Source: Eledone cirrhosa (taxonomy: Eukaryota). From it: a stretch of DNA of 64,000 nucleotides. The notes below the pieces were generated by a model, which ran no database searches, was not told where the DNA came from, and worked only from the letters and a program-made list of their open reading frames with translations. The stretch is taken from the NCBI GenBank assembly GCA_964016885.1, contig OZ024751.1, positions 15,128,001-15,192,000 on the forward strand, given 5' to 3'. Below, one piece after another: positions 1 to 12,330 of this stretch. The position numbers and the translations under genes are program-made. Positions within the stretch are counted from its first letter, which is position 1, and every line of letters starts with the position of its first letter.

Positions 1-536
1 AACAACACATCACCCGATCTGAGAATTGAACTCACAACCTTTCGATTGCAGGGCCAATGCTCTAACCACTAAGCCATGTGCCTCCATTATATGTGGATAT
101 ATATATATATATACACATACATATAGACACACACATATATATACATATTCACATACACACAAACACACACATATATATATATATATAAACTTGTTGACCA
201 ATAAACCTTTGATGCAAACAAAGCGCTAAAAAACTGTAAGCAGAGGGAACTGACACAGATATTGTTATCAGTACAACAATTTTAATATTTTGCATAAAAA
301 CATACAAAACCTATAGTCAGTTAGGAAATGAAATATTACATTATATAAGCAATAAGATAGGTACAATTCAAAATTCAAGAAAACCAAGAACCAAGGATAG
401 AACTATTATTATTTATTTATACATCGCTACAGAGGTTTCAAAGCAGCTAGAGTATCTCATCTTACCAATTGTTTTATATATATATATAGTAATAATAACT
501 GTGGAGACTAAAATCCAAAGAGGGCTCGATAGGGAT

Positions 537-569
<33 letters not shown>

Positions 570-571
<2 letters not shown>

Positions 572-3500
572 TCATCATCACTGTTTTACATCCGTTCTTC
601 CACGCTAGCATGGGTTAGACAGGTTGTCCTGTTGTGGGCAGTGTCTGGTCGGCTGACCATGCCTTGCTCATACAGGAACTGATTTGGCTTGATTTCTACA
701 GCTGGATGCCGTTCCTAACACCAACCTCATTTACAGTGAGTGCTGGGTGCTTTTTCGTGGCGCCTACACGTCCACTTTACAGTGTGGGCTGGGTGCTTTT
801 TTGCCGTGGCACCTCCACAACCTCCTTGCAGTGGGAGGGTGTAGGGGTATATTGTCTATATGCTTCAGCTTGTACCCATGGGAGGTCGGGTACTCTGTAT
901 TACTGCGTGACGCCAGAGGTCACGGTCGTGTGTCATCGCCTTTGAGAGGTGTAATTGGGTAAGGTCGGCTTTTATCACCTCATCCCAGGTCATCTTGGGT
1001 CTCCCCACTCCGCGGTTTCCATCGACTTCTAGTGTTCTGCACCTCTTTAAGCAGCTGTCATCCTTCATATGCATCACATGTCCATACCAATGCAACCGCC
1101 TCTCCTGCACACAGCATTTGATTCCTCTTATGCTCAGTCTCACTCTCAATTCATTTATGCTTTGTCGGTCGCGTATATTACTATTACACATCCATCGGAG
1201 CATGCAGGCTTCGTTTCTCTCTAATCTACGCAAGTCTTCCACCTTCAGCGCCCAGGTCTCATTACCATGTAACATTGCTGTTCGGATACACGCATCATAC
1301 AGTCTGCCTTTCATTTTGAGAGAGAAGCCTTTTGCAGCTAGCAGTGGCAGTAGTTCCCTGAAGTTCTTCCATCCCGTTCTTACTCTAGTTATTGTACTTT
1401 CTGAACACCCACTTCCGCTGCTAATTCGGTCACCTAGGTAGCAGAAGCTGTCTACTGTCTCTACAGAGCCCTCCCAGAGATTGGTGGTACTTGTTTCCTG
1501 TGGCTGTTTGCTGCTTGCTGTCCCAGTACAGCTGCTGCATGTGAAGCCTACATTCTTAATTAAGCTTCCTGAGATCCCGCTACATCTCTTGTCTACCCAT
1601 TGTTTGCATTTGGGGCAGAGAATGGAGTTCCTACCTACATCTTTCCTACATACTGAGCAAGGCCATTTCTCTGAGGGGATCTGGGTTCTGTTTTCTCGTC
1701 TACTTACAAGGACCTTAGTCTTTGTCATGTTAACTTTGAGACCCTTTCTTTCTAGTCCCTGCTTCCAAGTTTGGAATTTCTTCTCTAGTTCTACCATAGA
1801 TTCAGCTATAAGTGCGAGGTCATCAGCATACAGGAGTTCCCATGGGCATCCGGTCTTAAACTCCTCCGTTATTGCCTGCAGGACTATGATGAACAGGAGA
1901 GGGCTAAGAACAGAGCCCTGGTGGACACCAACCTGTACGCTAAATTCTTCGCTATACTCATTGCTAATCCTAACTTTGCTGACTGCTCCCCTATACATGG
2001 CTTGTACAGCTTTCACAAGCCATTCATCTATTCCTAGTTTTCTAAGAGCCCACCAGATTACAGCACGTGGAACTCTGTCAAAGGCTTTCTCGAGATCGAC
2101 GAATGCCAGGTAGAGTGGCTTACTTTTAGCTAGGTACTTTTCCTTAACTCCTTCACAAGGAAAAGGGCATCAGTGGTGCTTCTTCCTGGTACAAACTGCA
2201 TCTCATCTAGTTTCACCCGGTCCCTAATCAACTGTGCTATAACTCTTTCTGTTACTTTCATGACCTGGTCCATCAGCTTTATACCTCTATAGTTTCCTCT
2301 ATCGAGTGCATCACTTTTACCTTTGTAGCAGTTGACAATGATGCTACTGCACCAATCTTTTAGTATGACACCTAGTATTACCTGGTTAACAATACGTGTG
2401 GTTATAGTGTGATCTACAGACCCAGATGCCTTCAGCATCTCGGCAGCTATACCTGATAGATCCGTTGCCTTCCCCATCTTCATATCTTTGATTGCCTTAC
2501 TTACTACGCTGCTGCTGACTTGTACTGCTGGCCCCTCTATAGGGTCTACTTGGGGTAGGGTATCTTCTTCCCATGCATTCTCCTCATTTAGTAATCTATC
2601 ATAATGACTCTTCCATGCATCTTTCTTCTCAGCACTTGTGAGGGTAAGCTCACCTTTATCATTCCGGATACACTTCTCTCCAATGACATCACAATTCTCT
2701 CTGACACACTGCCTCGCAATCTTGAACACCTCCTGTTTCTGGTCCTCACATTGCAAAACATGCTTGAATTTTCTATCCTCTGCTTCCCTCCTAGCTAAGT
2801 ATACTTGTCGCCTAGCTTCCCTCTTGGTCTCTATGTAATGTACCCTGCTCCCCCTGTTCTTCCATTCTTTCCATGCCTGTCTCTTGGCCTTAACTGCCTC
2901 ATCTACCTTATTGTTCCACCACCAAGTCACTCTCCTCCTGCTTGTGGTCTTACTCCAGCCACAGACCTCATCCGTCGCCTCTAGTAAGTTATTTTTTAGG
3001 AACTCCCAGTGTTCTTCTACATTGAATGTCTCTATCTGTTCTTCTCTACTGTCGTAGGCATTGAGTAAAATATCTTTAAATCTGTTACTGGCTGAGGGGT
3101 CTTTCAGCTTCCAGATCTTTCTTCTCCAGGTTGGCCTCTGTTTCCAGGTTCGTCTAGTTCTGACCGTGAGGTCGCTGACAACTAAGCTATGTTGGGAGGT
3201 ACATTCCTCACTAGGGAAGGCTTTTGTGTTTATGACCGTCCATCTGTCACGTCCTCTGATGAGGATAAAATCTATCTGACTAGAATGCTCCCCTGATCTA
3301 TAGGTGATCAGGTTGTTGTCGGGTTTTTTGAAGTTTGTGTTACATATCGACATGTCATTGGCGTCGCAGAATTCTAGAAGTCTGAATCCTTCTTCATTTC
3401 TTGTGCCAACCCCATGGCCTCCATGGACTCTATTGAAGCCATCACAGTGTTTACCTACCTGTCCGTTAAAATCTCCTGCAATGATTAGGAAGTCATTGTC

Positions 3501-3592
3501 ATTTGTTAGAGCAGTAGTGTGCATTAGGGACTCGTAAAATCAATCCTTAAGTTCGTCTGGCAACCCCGATTGGGGTGCGTAAGCTGATATTA
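570..3592 (-). mobile_element. RTE-clade LINE (family A), 5'-truncated, nearly intact endonuclease-RT ORF
   Basis: APE motifs SAYAPQ, GDFNGQVG, QIDFIL, HSLVV; RT motifs NYRGIKL, FVDLEKAFDRV, GVHQGSVLSP, LYADD; Cys-rich insert; C-terminal GRPKMTW. One frameshift near 2135 and one stop near 3540. The 3'UTR has 48-bp units and a (GAT)n tail next to (TA)n. Confidence 0.95.
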
Positions 3593-3639
3593 TTATATAT
3601 AAAACCCGTAGAGAAAATATCTATTTGCTCTACGGGTTG

Positions 3640-4100
3640 GTCTCAATAGTAAGGTCATGAGACAGTCTGTGTTGGTGTCAATGACATGGTCATGAGACAG
3701 ACTAGTGGTTGAGATGTTGGTCTCATTGGTATGGTCATGAGACATAGACTAGTGGTTAGGATGTTTTCAATGGTTAGGGTGTTGGTCTCAATGGTATGGT
3801 CATGTATTTGAAGCATAGACAAGTGGTTGAGTTGTTGGTGCCAATGGCAAGGTCATGTAACAGACTAGTGGTTGGCTTGTTAGTGTCAATGGTAAGGTCA
3901 TGCTCGAGACAGACTAGTGGTTAGTGTGTTGGTGTCAATGGTATGGTCATGATATAGACTAGTGGGTGGGGTGCTGGTTTCAATGATATGGTCATGAGAC
4001 AAACTAGTGGTTGGGGTACAAGTTTCAATGGTATGGTCATATGGCAGTCAAGCTGTTGGGGTACTGGATTCAATGGTAAAGTCATGTATTTGAGACATAG
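3640..4100. repeat. Degenerate tandem repeat of about 46 bp
   Basis: gactagtggtt..gttggtctcaatggtatggtcatgagac recurring about 9 times. Confidence 0.8.
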
Positions 4101-4294
4101 ACCAGAGGACTTCAATTTCAGTGTTAGTAACAATGGAAGATATTTCAATGTTATGGTGTTGTTAATTACCTTGTTGATTGGTTGAATAACTTTTTACAAA
4201 ACAGATTGTAAAAATGACTATGTGCCTATGGTTCTCTGTGTGAATTTGTGTGTATCTGTATGTCCATGTGTGTGTGTGTGTGTATCTGTATGTC

Positions 4295-4343
<49 letters not shown>

Positions 4344-4710
4344 AACAAATGAGATCGTGTAGGTGTCACGACAAAAAAACACACAGTCCACGCTGTAATG
4401 TGGCCGTGTAGGCAACACGGTAAAAACCTCCCAGCCCCACACTGTAAATGTGGTTGGTGTTAGGAAGGGCATCCAGCTGTAGAAAACCCGCCAGACAGTC
4501 CACGCTGTAATGTGGCCGTGTAGGCAACACGGTAAAAACCTCCCAGCCCCACACTGTAAATGTGGTTGGTGTTAGGAAGGGCATCCAGCTGTAGAAAACC
4601 CGCCAGACAGTCCTATGCGAGCAAGACAATCACTCTTGCCTCAAGTGGGAAAACCCCCGTCCAAACCCATGCAAGCGTGGAACACGGACGTTAAACGTTG
4701 ATGATGATGA

Positions 4711-4756
<46 letters not shown>

Positions 4757-5031
4757 TTGTGTGCGTGCATGTGTTACATTATCAACTATCAGTCCAAAGA
4801 CTATAGTTGTTTACTCGCTGCTTTAGTATTTATTTATCTATGAGGAAGATGAGGAGGGAAGGTGGAATAGGGACTATTATGTAACAAAGTTCATAAGCTG
4901 AAGAGGAATAGTTTTCAGAGAGAGAGAGAGAGAGGTGAGGATAGGAGGATGAAAGAAGTTGTTTAGTCCAAAGTCAGCCCTGGTCCAGCAGACTTGTAAT
5001 AGAAACTATTGCAACAGTGATCTTCCCTTCT

Positions 5032-5239
5032 TTAACCCTTTAGCATTTAAACCAGCTGACCAAAATTCTTTCGCCTCTTTCTGTTTAAACCAGCTGTAAC
5101 TGGCTGCTCATATTCATGTTAAGGTATTGTTCTCAAAATCTCGTAGATTCAATATTATGCAAGATAATTATGTAATATAAAGCCTTCAGCACAAAAATAC
5201 AATAGTAAATATAGAGTAGTATAAATGCTGAAGGGTTAA
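5032..5239 (+). mobile_element. piggyBac-type MITE
   Basis: TTAA|CCCTTTAGCATTTA ... TAAATGCTGAAGGG|TTAA. Confidence 0.85.
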
Positions 5240-5540
5240 ACTATATGCACAACTACATCATCCAGAGAGTCCCATTCTAAAACAGTAAGGTATAATTTGA
5301 GGGAAATTTGGTTACTATTTCTAGCAGATTTGGCAACTATATAGGTAACCTTCTCAATGTATTCAAGATAACATGGGAGGGGCCCAGGTGACATAATTCA
5401 GAGTTACAGTTAAAAGTAACACAGAAAGTAGAGAATTAGTGGATAAACTTCGTCAAAGCTTATACACTGAGATGTGAGAATTCCATCATATAAACCTGAG
5501 CAAGAAGTGGCTCACCATCACTATCATCATCATCATCACT

Positions 5541-5700
5541 TTAACCCTTTAGCATTTAAACCGGCCATTCATACTGATGTTAAGGTATTGTTCTCAAAAT
5601 AAATAACATCAAAATCTCAGATTCGATTTTATGTGAGGTAAAGACTTTACCATAAAAATACAATAGTATATATAGAGTAATGTAAATGCTAAAGGGCTAA
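5541..5700 (+). mobile_element. piggyBac-type MITE, inserted in an RTE tail
   Basis: Same TIRs, TTAA/CTAA flanks. Confidence 0.82.
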
Positions 5701-6041
5701 AGTTTATTTTCCATGCTTGCATGGGTTAGATGGGCTGTCATGTTAGAAGGCTAAACATGTCAAGTGACCATCTTGCTCATATGTTACATTTTGGACTAAG
5801 CTATCTACAGCTGAATGCCTTCCCTAGCACCAACCGCTTTACAGAGTTAACTGGGTTCTTTTCGTTGTGGCATCAATATGACCATTTTAAAGAGTGGACT
5901 GGGTGCTTTTTATCATGGTATCTAACAACTCTATACAGCCTATATATCTAACAAACTCTATACACAGCCTATATATCTAACAACTCTATACACAGCCTAT
6001 ATATCTAACAACTCTATACACAGCCTATATATCTAACAACA

Positions 6042-6081
<40 letters not shown>

Positions 6082-6144
6082 TCCATAACTCCTAAGGGAA
6101 TCTTAGGGGGCCTGTATTAACACATGGCTTATCTAGGTCATTCT

Positions 6145-6339
6145 TTAACCCTTTAATGTTCAAACCGGCCAGAATCCTCTACCTCTTTCTGTTGAAACTG
6201 GCTGCTCAAACTGATGTTAAGGTATTGTTCTCAAAATAAATACTTTCAAAATCTCATAGATTTGATATTATGTGAGGTAAAGCCTTTACCATGAAAATAC
6301 AATAGTATATATAGAGTAATGTGAATGCTAAAGGGTTAA
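6145..6339 (+). mobile_element. piggyBac-type MITE
   Basis: Same TIRs with TTAA TSD. Confidence 0.82.
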
Positions 6340-6551
6340 AACCTGACAGAGCCCTTCCCCTCTTCAAGTTTAAATACAGCAGATTTCTTCCACAGAAGCA
6401 TTGACCCCAGTACTAGACTGGTACTTTTTTTTTATTGACCTTGAATGGATGAAAAGCAAAGCTGACTGCCAAACAACGCTATACACTGCCTATACATCTA
6501 ACAACACTAAAGACTAACTGCATATATATATATATATATAAATATATATAG

Positions 6552-6810
6552 AATAAGTAAAAGCGAAGTAGTTTCAGATGTTCAAGTCCTTTAATAATAA
6601 TGCTGTGATATATATTTCAATGACGACACTGGCCACACTGTTCTGTGTGCGAGTGTCGTGACATCATCACACAGCTTGTTACATAATAAGGTTACGTTTC
6701 CGAGGCAATCCAAGTTGAATCGACATGGGAACAGATGAAGTGTGTGCTTTTGGGTTCTTCATCCGTTCCCCTGTGGGGGAACATCTAAAACTACTTCGCT
6801 TTTACTTATT
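6552..6810 (-). mobile_element. Fold-back element with a Penelope-type minimal hammerhead ribozyme remnant (6602-6675)
   Basis: 32-bp inverted ends 6552-6583 and 6779-6810; minus strand reads GCUGU-gUGAUGA-stem II-GAAA-UAUAU-AUC-ACAGC. Confidence 0.6.
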
Positions 6811-6960
6811 TGATATTTACTCCGTCACTCCTATGTGGAAAAAGTACGTTGAGTGCTTGAATTGAATTGCATCAATATTTACCCTAATAAATATATATAT
6901 ATATATATATATAACATTGCACAAATAATTGCTTAAACAATTTATGAAAATATATATATA

Positions 6961-7145
6961 CAGTATATACTCAAATAAGCGAAGGAATATATGACCCCCC
7001 AAAAAAAAGAAAATTGGGGTCAATATTTTGATGAATTTTACAAACTTCAACTACATAAACAAGGTTTAAATTTTTGCCCCTTTCTCAGATATAAAATAGT
7101 GGGGTCGGTTTATATTCGTATCAGCTTATATTTGAGTATATACAG
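6961..7145. mobile_element. Tc1/mariner-superfamily (Tc2/pogo-like) MITE
   Basis: TA|CAGTATATACTCAAAT..AAGC ... GCTTATATTTGAGTATATACAG|TA imperfect TIRs. Confidence 0.65.
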
Positions 7146-7327
7146 TACATCTGGAGCAATATCTTAGTCATGTTAAGTTGGAAAATACCAACAATAGAAA
7201 ATGTATTTATCATTTTATTGTCATTTGATTGAATGGCACAAGTCAAACAAAAACACTTTACAAATATTTCTGCTAATTGGAAAAAATAACAAGACAAAAC
7301 TGCCCAAGTAATAATTCTTTCTAACAT

Positions 7328-7565
7328 TGGCATGTGATGCGCATGGAGGGTGACCGCTGGGTAAAGAAGTGCCAAGAAATCTCAGTAGAAGGAAGACGCA
7401 GTAGAGGTAAACCACGTGGGCAGAGGTGGTGAGAGCAGACCTCAGATCGCTGAAACTCACCGAGGAGATGACGAAGGACCGTGACAAGTGGTGAGATGCT
7501 GTGCTGAATAGAACCTGTCCAACCCTTGCAAGCAGGGAAAAGCGGACGTATGATGATGATGATGA
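7328..7565 (+). mobile_element. RTE family B 3'-end fragment (further copies at 44420-44698 +, 51042-51220 -, 57595-57870 -)
   Basis: DRWVKKCQE..GRPRKTWAEVVRADLRSL coding remnant plus cttgcaagcagggaaaagcggacg(atg)n tail. Confidence 0.85.
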
Positions 7566-8305
7566 TTGGCATGAGGCCAGCAATTTGTCGGAAGGGGAAA
7601 GGTGATTATATCAACCCAAATACTTAACTGGTACTTTATTTTACAGACCTCGGAAGGATCTTTTTTTCTTCGCCTACTTATTCCTGAGAGGGTCATGGGG
7701 GCAGAGTCTCAAACACTCCTTCCAGCGGGTCCTGTTAGAAGCAACCGTCTCCATCTGATCCGGCTGGATCCCTAAGTGTAACCAGCCAAGCTCATGGATG
7801 TTATCCAACCATTTTGTTTGGAGACTAACCTTGGGTCTCTTGCTGGTTGGTTTCGCACATACAATTTGTCCAGCGATTCTTTCCTGTGATCTGTCAATTT
7901 GGAGAAGTAGCAGCTCTACCTGGAGTGACACTGATCTCCGAGCTATGCACTTTATCAAGTAACAATACTCCAAAAACCCTTCGGAGGAATCCCATTTCAG
8001 ATGATGAAAGGCAAAGTTGATCTTGGCAGGATTTGAGCTCAGAACATAAACAGTCTCAACTAAACACTGCAAAGTATTTTATCTGATGCTCTACTGATAC
8101 TGCCAATTCACTACCCTTGCCAGAGTAATTATAAACTTATATGGCCATCATTTAACATACTTTTTCCCTACTAGCAAGGGTTGGGTGGGTTGTCGTAGAC
8201 AAAATCAGTACTTAATTGGAACTACTGACCTTTCAGACAGGCCAGGGAGAGGGGGGAGGTTCACACTATGCTTACATATGCTCATATACTATCAATATAT
8301 ATACA

Positions 8306-8337
<32 letters not shown>

Positions 8338-9257
8338 GATATATATATATAACAGCTGTCGAATTATTAACTCAATTTATGCATTGTAATTAGAGAATAA
8401 ATTGCTGAATTGTTTCAATTTAAATATTTAATTATATCTTCCCATATCTCTCTTTCCTTTCATCCATCCCCTCTCACTTCTCCCCTCCCTCCCTCTCTCT
8501 CTGCCACACTAACCACAGTATACCATTCACTACCCCCACAAAATATTTCAGACATGACCTCAATTAATGTCAAATATTCAACCATTAAAACTAGATTATA
8601 GATTTTATTGTTGCCTAAAAATATTCCACTTTGGTTGAAGTAGGGGGTGAAAAAGGGTGATGATGGGAAGAAAGGGGGACAGAGAGATGGGGGTGTCAGT
8701 AAAGAGGGAGGGTCAGAGGCATAGGAGGATGTAGGGGTGAGTAAAGAGCAATGAGATGACGTTGTGGAGGAAAGGAAGAGGACAGACAAAGAAGGATGAA
8801 AATGAGAATATTACATTTCCAGAGAATGTCAGTCAATAGATTTCAGTTCATTAGACTGATTGCATTGATCATCATCATCAACATCATTTTTACATCAGCA
8901 TTTCCAAAGTGTTATAGTTGGATGTACTTCCTAATATCATCCCTGTTAGTTACCTCTAACGAGACACAGGAATACAGCGTACCTTGTCTAAAAACCAGGA
9001 TGGATATATATATAAAGCTAACCTCAATGGGATTTGAACTCAGACCGTAATAGGATGTAACTATGCTAGAAAACATGATGTCCAACCCTCTACCGATACT
9101 GCCAAATCGCCGCCCTATAATAATTGTTTCTACTTTAGGCAAAAGGCCAGCAATTACCCAGTGTATTACTGGTACTTCATTTTATCACCACCCTATAATA
9201 AGCACCAGTCAGCCCTATAAGGTGATAGTGCTGGTGTCAGGACAAAATGCATCCAGT

Positions 9258-9500
9258 CAACCTGGTGCCATGACGAAAAGCACCCAGTTCACCCTGTAGG
9301 GTGGTAATACTGGTGCCATGATGAAAAGCACCCAGTTCACCCTATAGGGTGGTAATACTGGTGCCATGATGAAAAGCACCCAGTTCACCCTATAGGGTGG
9401 TAATACTGGTGCCATGACGAAAAGCACCCAGTTCACCCTATAGGGTGGTAATACTGGTGCCATGATGAAAAGCACCCAGTTCACACTGTAAGGTGATAGT
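9258..9500. repeat. 48-bp tandem (about 5 copies) of a related RTE 3'UTR unit; diverged array also at 18620-18960
   Basis: ggtgccatgatgaaaagcacccagttcaccctatagggtggtaatact. Confidence 0.85.
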
Positions 9501-9662
9501 GCTAAAGTTATAAAATAATCCCGGTACACACAATAGTGTGATTAGTGTTAGGAAAGGCATCCAGCCATAGCTACCAAGTTAAAAATGGGAGATGTGACAC
9601 CAGAATATCTAGCTTCAGTGCAGGACAACCTGTCAAACCCATGCAAGAATGGAAAATAGATG

Positions 9663-9862
9663 TCAACCCTTTAGCATTTAAACCGGTCATATTCAGTCAG
9701 AATTCTCTCACCGCTTTCTGTTCAAACCAGCCACTCATATTAATAAGGTATTGTTCTCAAAATAAATATCAAAATCTCATAGATTCAATATTAAGTGAGA
9801 TAAAGCCTTTACCACAAAAATACAATAGTATATAGAGAGTAATGTAAATGCTAAAGGGTTAA
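9663..9862 (+). mobile_element. piggyBac-type MITE, inserted in an RTE tail
   Basis: Same TIRs, TCAA/TTAA flanks. Confidence 0.82.
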
Positions 9863-10887
9863 ATGGTGATAATGATGTATAATGATTTATGAAACAAAAG
9901 GTTTTATTCAGTACTTAGTAATTTTAGAAGACTTGGAACACCTGATTTTTTTTTCATCATGAAGTTTTTTGGGGTTTTTTTAAACGTATTTTATTATATT
10001 ACATTGAGTTATGCAAATGTTTCATGGTGCTGGAAAACAAAATGGCAAATATATTACCCTGACAGAATGGTAAAGGACATGCACTGAAAGAACTATTCCA
10101 CTTTACAGGGACTATTACAACAGCTGACTGTCTCTCCACTACCTAACTAGGGTAGGGAGGTATTTCGGAGGCCCAGGATGCTATGTTTTAAAGGCACCCC
10201 TGCCATGACCATCCCATCTTTTTATCAGACATTTAGTGTATCTAGAAACTCATTATCAAATGTGTCCCTCTAAGGATGGTAAGTAAAGGTCCAAAATGAG
10301 AGGGATTTGGCTGTTATTTTAACAAGTTAAACAAGCATATATAGAATCTCCCTCAGTCTCTTCTGGTGCGATTCCAAAAGATGATAATCCAAACTAACAA
10401 TTGCTCCTCTAAAACTCCAAACATCACACATATCCATCATTTACTGACAGAAATATAACCAACTATGTAAGTAATTATTTCTGGTGATTTCATTAAGTGT
10501 CCTACATTATTTCCTAGAGTTACGGCCCTTTACAGTCCGAGTTCAAATCCTGCCGAGGTTAACTTTGCCTTTCATCCTTACGGAGTCAATAAAATAAAGT
10601 ACCAATAATACACTGGGATAATAGCTGGCCTTGTGCCAAAAGTAGAAACAATTATTTTCTATAGATTTCTATATACATTTTATATAGAATCTGTATAGAA
10701 TCCTATAGATTTAAACAGATATAAAGAAAATGTTTATAGATTTCTATATACCTTTTATATAGAATCCTATAAATTTAACCAGATATAAAGAGAATGTGTG
10801 TAGGTTTCTATATACATTTTATGTAGAATATGTATAGAATCCTATGGATTTAACCAGGTATAAGGAGAATGTGTGTAGGTTTCTATA

Positions 10888-11061
10888 CAGGTAAAATTCC
10901 ATTATAACAAATTTTTTAGTATAACAACATTTTTTTCAATCCACGATGTAATAACAAACAAGAGCTCAATTTGTTTCGGTTGATCTCATTATAAAGAAAT
11001 TTTTGTTACAACAAATTTATTTTTTATGCCCCATGAATTTCATTATAACGGAATTTCACTG
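10888..11061. mobile_element. Tigger/pogo-like MITE inserted in a roughly 69-bp tandem array (10655-11630)
   Basis: TA|CAGGTAAAATTCCATTATAA ... TTATAACGGAATTTCACTG|TA. Confidence 0.65.
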
Positions 11062-11086
11062 TATACATTTTATATAGAAATCAAAT

Positions 11087-11428
11087 CATCATCATCATCA
11101 TTTTACGTCTGCTTTTCACTGCTTGCAAGGGTGGGATGGGTACTGATTCTGGCTTGATTTCTACAGCTGGATGCCCTTCCTAACACCAACCTCATTTACA
11201 GTGAGTGCTGGGTGCTTTTTTTTTTCCGTGGCATCTACACGTCCACTTTGCAGTGGAATGATAGGGACCCCACTCCCTATCATCTCATTTCTACAGCTGA
11301 GTAAACTGGAGCAATGTGAAATAAAGTGTCTTGCTCAAGGAAACAACATATCACCCGGTCTGAGAATTGAACTCACAACCTTTCGATTGCAAGGCCAATG
11401 CTCTAACCACTAAGCCATGTGCCTCCAT
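11087..11428 (-). mobile_element. Composite tRNA-derived SINE (tRNA head, CORE-like domain, RTE-derived tail); partial copies at 1-88 (-) and 57085-57400 (+)
   Basis: A box tggcttagtgg, B box gttcaattc, ccttgagcaagacactt core, and RTE tail ending in (GAT)n. Confidence 0.8.
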
Positions 11429-11913
11429 AAACTGTATAGAATTGTTTAGATTTAACTAGGTGTAAAGAGAATGTATATATAATTCTATATACATTTTATA
11501 TAGAAAGTGTATAGAATTCTATAGATTTAACTAGGTGTAAAGAGAATGTATATATAATTCTATATACATTTTATATAGAAAGTGTATAGAATTCTATAGA
11601 TTTAACCAGGTGTAAAGAGAATGTGTATAAAAGCTTATTTATATTAAACACCAATAGTTTTCATTATCATTAGATTGTCATGCTGTTCTAGATAATCTAA
11701 TTAGATTTACACGTGTTTCAGGATATATAGTTTTGTAGTTTTTTCATAAATTCTAATTGTTATTTTTGCTTACAGCAGTATCAGAGAAGATTCATGATTA
11801 ATCGATCACTTTATTTTTTTTAGGTTAACCTTTTAGCATTTAAACCGGCTGTATCCAGCCAGAATTCCCATGAGAGGCCAGCCTGCTGGGGAAGAGGTAT
11901 ACCATCTACTGGT

Positions 11914-12330
11914 CAGTCATAACTTCTAGCAGAGATGTCACCAGTTTTACAGTGACAGGAGACAAGATTTGAACTCAGAACACAGTCATAACTTCTAGCA
12001 GAAATGTCACCAGTTTTACAGTGACAGGAGACAAGATTTGAACTCAGAACACAGTCATAACTTCTAGCAGAAATGTCACCAGTTTTACAGTGACAGGAGA
12101 CAAGATTTGAACTCAGAACACAGTCATAACTTCTAGCAGAGATGTCACCAGTTTTACAGTGACAGGAGACAAGATTTGAACTCAGAACACAGTCATAACT
12201 TCTAGCAGAGATGTCACCAGTTTTACAGTGACAGGAGACAAGATTTGAACTCAGAACACACTCATAACTTCTAGCAGAGATGTCACCAGTTTTACAGTGA
12301 CAGGAGACAAGATTTGAACTCAGAACACAC
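11914..12330. repeat. 69-bp tandem repeat, 6 copies
   Basis: cagtcataacttctagcagagatgtcaccagttttacagtgacaggagacaagatttgaactcagaaca. Confidence 0.95.

Noticed and set aside
426-464. Third hammerhead remnant (minus strand aaGATGAG...GAAAC-ctct-GTA)
   Set aside because: Core 5' bases and stems I and II are too degenerate to support a call.
11355-11425. tRNA gene
   Set aside because: The A and B boxes belong to a SINE head that continues into core and tail modules. The same applies to 19761 and 49669.
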